From: Podarcis cretensis
Taxonomy: Eukaryota
Assembly (NCBI GenBank): GCA_951804945.1
Contig: OX638151.1
Location: forward strand, 122,264,001 to 122,328,000
DNA: 64,000 bases
Reading direction: 5' to 3'
Numbering within the stretch: position 1 is the stretch's first letter; the number at the start of each line of letters is the position of its first letter. This document shows positions 56,368-64,000 of the stretch, piece after piece. The notes under the pieces were generated by a model. That model was not told where the DNA came from, made no database searches, and was given only the letters and a program-made list of their open reading frames with translations. Made by a program: the position numbers and the translations under genes.

Positions 56368-56394
56368 CATGGCGGAATAGGTGTGGACTAACAT
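56368..56394 (-). CDS. TFAP2B: TFAP2B alternative 27-nt exon (MLVHTYSAM), alternative first exon and/or cassette
   Basis: Minus strand reads ttttttttcccctccag|ATG TTA GTC CAC ACC TAT TCC GCC ATG|gtgagt. Homologous to the TFAP2A exon 1b peptide MLVHSFSAM. Absent from the ORF track. Confidence 0.88.
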
Positions 56395-56585
56395 CTGGAG
56401 GGGAAAAAAAAGTCTGGAAACAGCTAAAAATAAAATAGCGATAGAATAACAGTATCAACGGGAGGGGACGTATCAAGGAGATCTGCAAGGGAACGCGGAG
56501 CACCCAGGAGAGCCGCTGGAGGTATTTCCGAGTCTATCCATCAAAACAAAAATTCGAAGAAGGAAAAAAAGCCAGTGCCCCAAAA

Positions 56586-56587
<2 letters not shown>

Positions 56588-56628
<41 letters not shown>
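56588..56628. repeat. (TG)n microsatellite ~200 nt upstream of the MLVHTYSAM exon
   Basis: Direct reading. Confidence 0.95.
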
Positions 56629-56630
<2 letters not shown>

Positions 56631-59221
56631 TTAAAAGGCTCCGCTCTCTTGTCCCCCCTCCCGGCCCTTTGAGCTTCCAAATGCAATCCTCTTCAACCCA
56701 AGGCGAGGTTCAGACTGCTCCGGCGCCCCTTTCTCCTTTTCCTTCCCTACAACGCCTCATAATAATTGATATTCATGACTATTAATATTACACGACTACT
56801 TTAAAGGGAGAATGCAGGACCAAATGGAGCGTGAAGGCTTTGCAGGCAGCTCGAGAGCTCCCCTAGTATTGTAAATGACGTTCATTCAGTGGAGAATTAC
56901 TAGATGTAATCAGACGAGGGGGCTGGCGGAGGCAGAGTTGGGGGAGAGGGAAGGGACAAAAAAAAAGTTGAGCGAGGAAGAGGCAGAACTTCAATTAACT
57001 CGAGCAGAGGAAGACGTGTAAACGAGGCACTGCTGATTTGGAGCTAGGAAGTGATCTGGAGCCGCGCCAGGGGCTAAAGAGGGGAGGGGGAAATCATATT
57101 TCCTTCTTTTACATTTAATTATACATTCCAAATACGAAAGAAAATCGATTGCCCTTGGTGCTTTTGTTCTAATTTTTAAAGCAAATAATATAAGGGCTTC
57201 TCTAATCCTGCAGTGTTTTTTTTTAAGTCAGCCAGTGAGATTTGTTTGTTTACAGAAGTAATTAAAGCACTTAAAATACTACCAGTTATTACAGACTGCC
57301 CTCGTTTTGAAAAGCTATACAGAGAGGGTGCAGAGCACTTGGCTTCTATTTAGCCTGTCATTATTTGTGTGTGTGACACACACGCACACGCACACACACA
57401 TCTCAAACGTATAGACAGCTTTCCTCTGGCTGTGCCAAAAAAGCGTTCTATTTCCACCTAGATGTAAAATCTACGCAATGAATTTGCAAGGATACTAGAT
57501 TTATAGTTCTTAGGCGAAGCCAGAGGCGATTAAGAACCTTTTTGATGTTCCCAGAACCCGTTCGACTGGCCTGACTGCCATTTCAGTTAAAGTTCAACTT
57601 AACGTTCCTGCTTAAATCCACTCTCACTTGGCCGCGCTGCGCTCCCTGACTTCTCCGCAGCGGCGTCTCTTTGAGGGGGAAAAGTCGCTTTTTAAATATA
57701 TATATATGTATGTTTACAGTTATCAAAAGCGATCGATCTAATGGGTGAACGTGTGTTCCTTCACCTTTTAGGCTTTTTATTTTTATTTTAAGAGAGAAAA
57801 GGATATATATATATATCCACGCAGATTTATATAGCTGCCTTGGGAGCGGGTCTATCGCATATTTCTCGCAGGATTCGGAGACAAATCCTGGGATTTCGAT
57901 TCCTAGCCACGAACTTCCCAAGGCGTGAATTTCTGCCCGGAGTCCAGCGGTCAAAGCGCAGTAAGAAGCCGAGGACTCTCTTTGCGAGCCACAACTTAGG
58001 CTCAGCGTTACCATTTCACAGAGGAGACCCTGCCGCCCTTTCACTCGAGAGGGGCCAGATTCCGAGGCAGGTCTCGGTCCCCCCCAGGGCGCCCTGAGCT
58101 CGCCCTGAAGGGAATCACTGGAAATGCGTTTGGGGAGAAGGGGAGAGTAGGGCGCGCAAGAGAGGTCCGAGCTCTGTGAGCTGGAAGGGAGAAATGGGAC
58201 CCGAGGAGGAGGGCGCTGCACATCCCCACACCGGGCTGGATTTTGCCGGCGCTCTGTAGATAATTACCCCGACAGGAGCTTTACACAGCTCCGGAGAGGT
58301 TGCTCGTCGTCGGACGCAGGCTACCCACCGGGATCCCCCCGGCGCCCTATCTGGCAGGAGCCCCCCGCCTCGCCTGCCCTGGCGTCTCTCCTCCACCTTT
58401 CTCCTCCGCAGACGGCTGCACTTTTAAATATTAACTCATCGCCGGCAAAACGCGGCTCTTGGCTTTCTTAATCGAGTTGGAAACTCCGCAGACCGGCCGG
58501 CGGCTCTGCTCGCCCGCCCGCCCTCCTGGCCCACACTCCAGTAACCCTGCCCGGGTCGGGAAAGGGGGGAAAGGCTGCTCCACAACCCCCGCTTGCAGCC
58601 CAAACTTCCACGGCAGAAAGGGAAAGACGGTGTTCTCTCCCTTGTCTCCTTCCACTGGCAGAAAAAAAGAGAGAGAGAGACCAGAGCGCCACTAAATTCT
58701 CCCTTAGCCTGCTCTGGAACTCAGCTAGGAGGGAGCCCGGATATTTCGGAAAGAGTGCAGTCCACCTCCCATGGAAAGCAATAACTAGAAAAGAGAGCCA
58801 AGCATCGATTTTAAGAGAAGCTGAGGGGATCTCCGATGTTTCTAGACGCAAGAGGGAAGGAGAGACAGAGAGAAAGAGAGAAAGAGAGAAAGAGAGAGAA
58901 AGGTTTTTTCCCCTCGTGTACCGTTCTCACGAGAGAAAAAAACCCCAAAGCTGAGCGAACACCTTCCACCAGCACCACCACTGCTCTTCTCCAGAGTCTG
59001 TCTGCATCTGGGCTTGTGCAGAGTCCTACAGAAGCGGCCAGTTTAGGTGGTCTCCCCACTGAGGAACTGAAAAGATGGGATGAAAACTAAAGAAGAAAAT
59101 GAAAGCCTATCCTATTATATATGTAATGAACGGCATTAGGCTGCATCTAATCGAATTACACCGACTTCCAGATCTAAACAAACTGCAGCGTTTAAGTTGC
59201 TTTCTGCCATCCCCCAGATCA

Positions 59222-59578
<357 letters not shown>

Positions 59579-59780
59579 TCATGTGAAGAGCAGATGTCTG
59601 GATTCTCAGTACTTCTCTGTCTGTAATGATCCATCTATAATTGGAAATGGGGGACAGACACCAAACCCGACGTTCCTCTCCCATCGCAACTTATATCTGT
59701 TGTCTGAAACAATAGGCTGGAGAAGTAAACCTCAGCCGGATAGGAAAATCATTCCCATCTACACAGTTTATATAGAACAC
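59579..59780 (-). promoter_or_regulatory. TFAP2B exon 1 5' UTR / proximal promoter
   Basis: Directly upstream of the ATG; CCAATTATAGA on the minus strand near 59634-59644; TSS cannot be fixed from sequence alone. Confidence 0.5.
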
Positions 59781-62500
59781 ATAGACATATTGAACACACA
59801 TATATTATGCATATAATTACACTCCCCTGATGCACACACAACTCTATATTGGCACACACAGTCGCACGCACCCATGATAAATATAAATATATAAATATAC
59901 AGCCACACATCCGTATATGCATATAAGAGAGTCAATGTTAATGTGGACTTTTTGATCATGACGAGCAAGCATTGCAAAATAGATAGCAATAGGTATTGAT
60001 TTGTTTACATGTCTGCTATTATTAAAATAGATACACTAGTAGAAATATATGCTGCTATATGCAGATATACACAGATTTGTGCATGAATAGGTTCCTTAAG
60101 ACTAGGCTCAATAAAGGTGGGGGAAATACACCAACCAACCTACCCTTTAGGAGTATTAATTATTTGTAATGAGAGATGAGGGAAGATGCTTTCCCACCCC
60201 GAAGAGGGACGTGTAGAGATTTACAGATCCTCTACCGATTCATTGATAAACGCAGAGAAAGGGCGACCAGGACGTTAGAGAATATTAAACCTGATCATGT
60301 ACATTTGGAACATACGAGTTTAATTTCGGCATTTTTAGACTAGCCCCCCTCCCCCACGGATCTAAAACCGAAGCAATCCAAAGATTTAGGAACATCTGGA
60401 TTTGGATGTATTTAACAGACAACAAACACTTCAAAATACCCTGGTTGTGAATAGTTTTGGTTCTATTTTTTTTTTGCGCCGGTCTGTCCGTTTGAGCTGC
60501 GACTTCGCTCTTCCCTGCTCAATATTATTTTGCAATCAGGATTTCAAAGCAAGTTTGATCAAACAGGCAAGACCGATTTTTCTGCCCCTTGGAAAGATTT
60601 TATAAAAGCCTCTGATGTGGAGGCCTTTGCCTTAGAATCTCAGGCTCTCTTTAAAAGCGCACCCCCCGCCCCTCCAGCGCATGTTTGCCTACATCTCCAT
60701 TTGACCTTGTAGGATAATATGTATATATATCCCTAGAGTTTCTTTGCAATATCGAGAAATAAATCGATCGTTTGGACCTGAGGCAGGGCGGGAGGTGAGA
60801 ACTGCCCCTGGGCTTCCTTGGCCACCAAATAAAGGGGAACAACCAACTTTTCCTCTTCCTCATTCCTCGCTAACCCCCGTTTCCAGCAGGAGCTGGAGAG
60901 ACGGGGGCCTCCCCCAGGGAAGGCGTAGAAAGCAGGCTGGTCTTAAGGAGTCAGGCAAGTTGGCGTTTGCTTGTAAGTTAGAATGGCTGGTAAGAGCAAT
61001 TCGCAGCAAAGGTTGTCTTATATGCGTTGCTGCGCGGTGATGGTGGCGGGGTGTGTGTGGAGGAGGACAAGGGGGAGAGGCATACGAGGAGGAGGAGAAG
61101 GAGGAGGAGAAGGAGGAGGAAGAAAGGGCAGCCGCATCTTAGAGCATTAGGAAGGAGCCTTCCTACACAGGCAGAGCAGCGAATGCAGAATGAGCCCAGG
61201 GAAGGGAAATCAAAACAGAACAGGATGCATTCTTGGGAGCTGTGCATATTCATTGGTGTGGGTGCGCGCGCACTCCACCCACCCACCTACCCTTTCCTCC
61301 TTAATCTGACAAGGGGGGTGGGGATTTTTCACACAAATGGAGCCTCAGCTCAGTCCGACGGAGGTCCCTTTCGCTGTGTGCCCAGTGGACTCACCTCCTC
61401 CCGAGTCAAGTGGGCCGAAGATTGCCGGCCCTTCTGACTCGGAAGCGAGTTCCGCGGCGGGCTTGGGATGGATCTGTGACGCCCACGTTTCTGGGACTCG
61501 GAGCTTGGCCGCTGGCTTCCACTCCGCTGGATGCCTCTCCTCGCCCTTTCTCGGCTGCGCTCTTGCGCGCTGCCACTTTGGGCTCTCATGTGATGGAAAT
61601 GCCACGCGTGGGAAGAGGGGCCGGTGGTCGATTCACCAACAACCCCTTGTTGGCCGTAGAGTTGGTTTCACCATATATAAGGAAGCCTATCCGCACAAAC
61701 TCACTCACTTCTATGCCTACAGCTTAAGGGCTTTCCACGTTCTCTTGAGCGGCAGGAAAGAACCCCCCCCCCCCTTTGCGACTAAAGACCCTGAGCTTCT
61801 GGCGCGCTTAGCGATGTCAAAATAAAGCCTCGCCACAAGCCTTACGCATCAAACCCAAAGAACAGTTTTCCTCTTCATGCACAACTCACCAAGTGAACTT
61901 GGCGAAGTTCTTGTGGCGCTGAATTGAATAAGCTAAAAGCTGTAAAGTCTTATTATTATTTTAGCTAAAGAAGTGCAAGAAGAGCAATTGCTGGTAAAAA
62001 AATCACCATCATCTTTTCTCTTTACAGCTATAGAGACTTTGGAAATTGAGGCTTTACTTGGCGAGTGGCGGGATCTGAACATTTTGCAGAAGGAGGCAGC
62101 CCTCGCCTCGCAAATGAGCAGTTTTTCTTTTGAGAGAACCGCGCTTTTATAGGCAAGACTGATTCGCAAATTGCGCAAATTTGATATCACGGGAAAATAT
62201 TTGAACAAGTTATTTGAGGCCTAAGAGTTCACGCCTCAAGCCCATGCCTTGGCAAGCGAGTCCAGGCAAATTGCAGACTTCTGCTTAAGGAATGGTGTTT
62301 AGGGCTGGCGCATACGAGAGCTTTGTTTTAGGATCGCGTGTACGTAACTTTTAACTGACTTGCCCAAGCAGGAACATTCAGAATTTTGGAAGAACTGCAG
62401 TCGAGGGGAGCTGCCTTTCGACGGCTTATAGAGACCCGAAAACCCTTATTAATGGAAGGCTTGCAAGAGAAAGGTGAAAACGATCGTTCAGCAGAGTAAC

Positions 62501-62515
62501 AGCGCCCTCTGTAGG
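62501..62515 (-). promoter_or_regulatory. CTCF-like motif
   Basis: Minus strand CCTACAGAGGGCGCT versus consensus CCASYAGRKGGCRS. Confidence 0.5.
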
Positions 62516-63165
62516 ACACTGATATTTTGCGGTCGCCGCGGCGAAACGGCTCTTCCCTTTAGTGATGATACAAGTATAATTAAAATTAGTCTTTCAATTT
62601 ATTAAAAAAAGAATGAGGACCTTTGTGATGAATAAGCAGTAAGCTATAAAGAGTTGTCCCACACATCGCTTCAAAGAAATTCCAAAGTGAAAATAAAGTG
62701 AACAACTATGGAGTTGTACATATTTCTTTTGCAAATATTATACAGATATTTGGGCTTGTTTTCATTTATATGTTGATTAAGTGTTACTAGCCTGATGTAT
62801 AAAAGAAGGCTTTACTCAAAGCTGATGGTAGGTCCACACACAGCCGTAATACTCATGGGGCCGGTGCAACTACAGACATCGTCCTCACCGTCGTCTGCTC
62901 CATCAGCTTTAAAAAAAATAAAACTTAAAAAAATAAAAATAAATAAATATATTGTTTCCAGTAGAACACTTTGTTCTTGCAAGGTCTCGTTGAGATGTTG
63001 CATACCCATTCAGTTGTGTTGAGTCACTCAGTCTCGGTCTCTGTCACACACGCTTTGTGTGTGCGTGGATGCGCGCGCTGCTAAAGCCAAAGTGTATCTA
63101 TATAACTAGGGATGGCAGGTGTTGGAATTAGGCTGTCTTCTTGGCTTTTTCCAACGATTTATTCC

Positions 63166-63181
63166 GGCGCCCTCTGCTGGT
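63166..63181 (-). promoter_or_regulatory. CTCF motif
   Basis: Minus strand ACCAGCAGAGGGCGCC, a full match to the core consensus. Confidence 0.65.
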
Positions 63182-63222
63182 AGTCACATAAAACGTTAGC
63201 ACCATTATTTTAAAACTTAGTG

Positions 63223-63358
63223 CAGGCACCCCCAACCTTCGGACCTCCATATGCTTTGTACTACAATTCCCATCATCCCTGCCCACTGGTCCTGTTAGCT
63301 AGGGATCATGGGAGTTGTAGGCCAAAACATCTGGAGGGCCGCAGGTTGGGCATGCCTG
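63223..63358. mobile_element. 136-bp palindromic hAT MITE
   Basis: TIR caggca..cccaacc / ggttgggcatgcctg; perfect 8-bp TSD acttagtg. Confidence 0.88.
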
Positions 63359-63573
63359 ACTTAGTGCCCTCCCACTGTAATTTTGTGTATGCCTTGAATT
63401 TCTCTCTTTTGTTTTTTATTACTTTCAGAATCAACACCTGACAAATCCTTTACAACTGAATCCTATTTAGCAACATTTTTCAGATTTTTTAGTGATTCTT
63501 AGAAATACATCATCATCATTATCATCATCTCACAGATTGTATATATTTTGCAACCACAACCTAACCCTGAGAG

Positions 63574-63998
63574 CAGTGGTTTTCAACCAGTGTGCCTTGA
63601 GACCCTGGGATGCCTTGAATGATGGTCAGGGCAACACTGGCATTGTCTGTCTTTCCTTCCCTCCCTCCTCTGATGCCTTCTCCTGTCTCTGCCTCCCAAA
63701 GGCTTGCACAGCTGTTTATTGTGAATGTTGCCTCTGGGAGGCACCTCTCTTTTGGGAGTGGGGGGCAGCTCAGAGACCAGGGATGGCAGCAGCAGTTGCC
63801 CAAAGGACTCCTAAGGAGAGGGAAGAGGAGAGGAGGCTGAGGGAATACTCCACAAGGGAGGGTGTTCAAAAAGGGGTGAGGAGCTGCCAGCTCTGCAGGC
63901 AAGAGGTGCCATAACTGGCCTCTGAGCCTACAGGAGTGCCACAGAAAGAAAGTAGTTGGATAAGGGAGCCATGGACTCAAAAAGGTTGAAAAACTCTG
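63574..63998. mobile_element. hAT-type non-autonomous element
   Basis: TIR cagtggttttcaacc / ggttgaaaaactctg; left flank cctgagag, right flank begins cc at the window edge. Confidence 0.7.
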
Positions 63999-64000
63999 CC

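Noticed and set aside
57583-58851. Long ORFs in intron 1 (212 aa, 127 aa)
   Set aside because: CpG-island composition, no homology or coherent splice structure seen
61027-61825. Upstream ORFs including a poly-Arg stretch
   Set aside because: Produced by a GGA/AGA purine repeat and GC-rich promoter DNA

Overview
Vertebrate genomic DNA, most likely from a lacertid lizard (inferred from Sauria SINE, L2, CR1, BovB and Penelope-type repeats). The window holds the whole coding region of TFAP2B (AP-2 beta) on the minus strand. Seven GT-AG exons of 81+459+61+220+119+142+301 nt sum to 1383 nt (460 aa plus stop) across 414..59578; the 3' UTR runs off the left edge. A 27-nt extra exon (MLVHTYSAM) lies in intron 1. 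The left ~33 kb is CpG-poor and TE-rich: a near full-length CR1, nested L2s, probable solo LTRs, SINEs, hAT MITEs and a Penelope-like inverted repeat with hammerhead cores. The right ~30 kb is CpG-rich, lacks long TEs, contains enhancer-like TAAT-rich blocks and ends in two co-oriented CTCF-like motifs. There is one 136-nt assembly gap. I see no convincing wholly new biological system. The best leads are the dual-use microexon, an overlapping uORF at the start codon, an intron-5 read-through frame and the paired hammerhead motifs.
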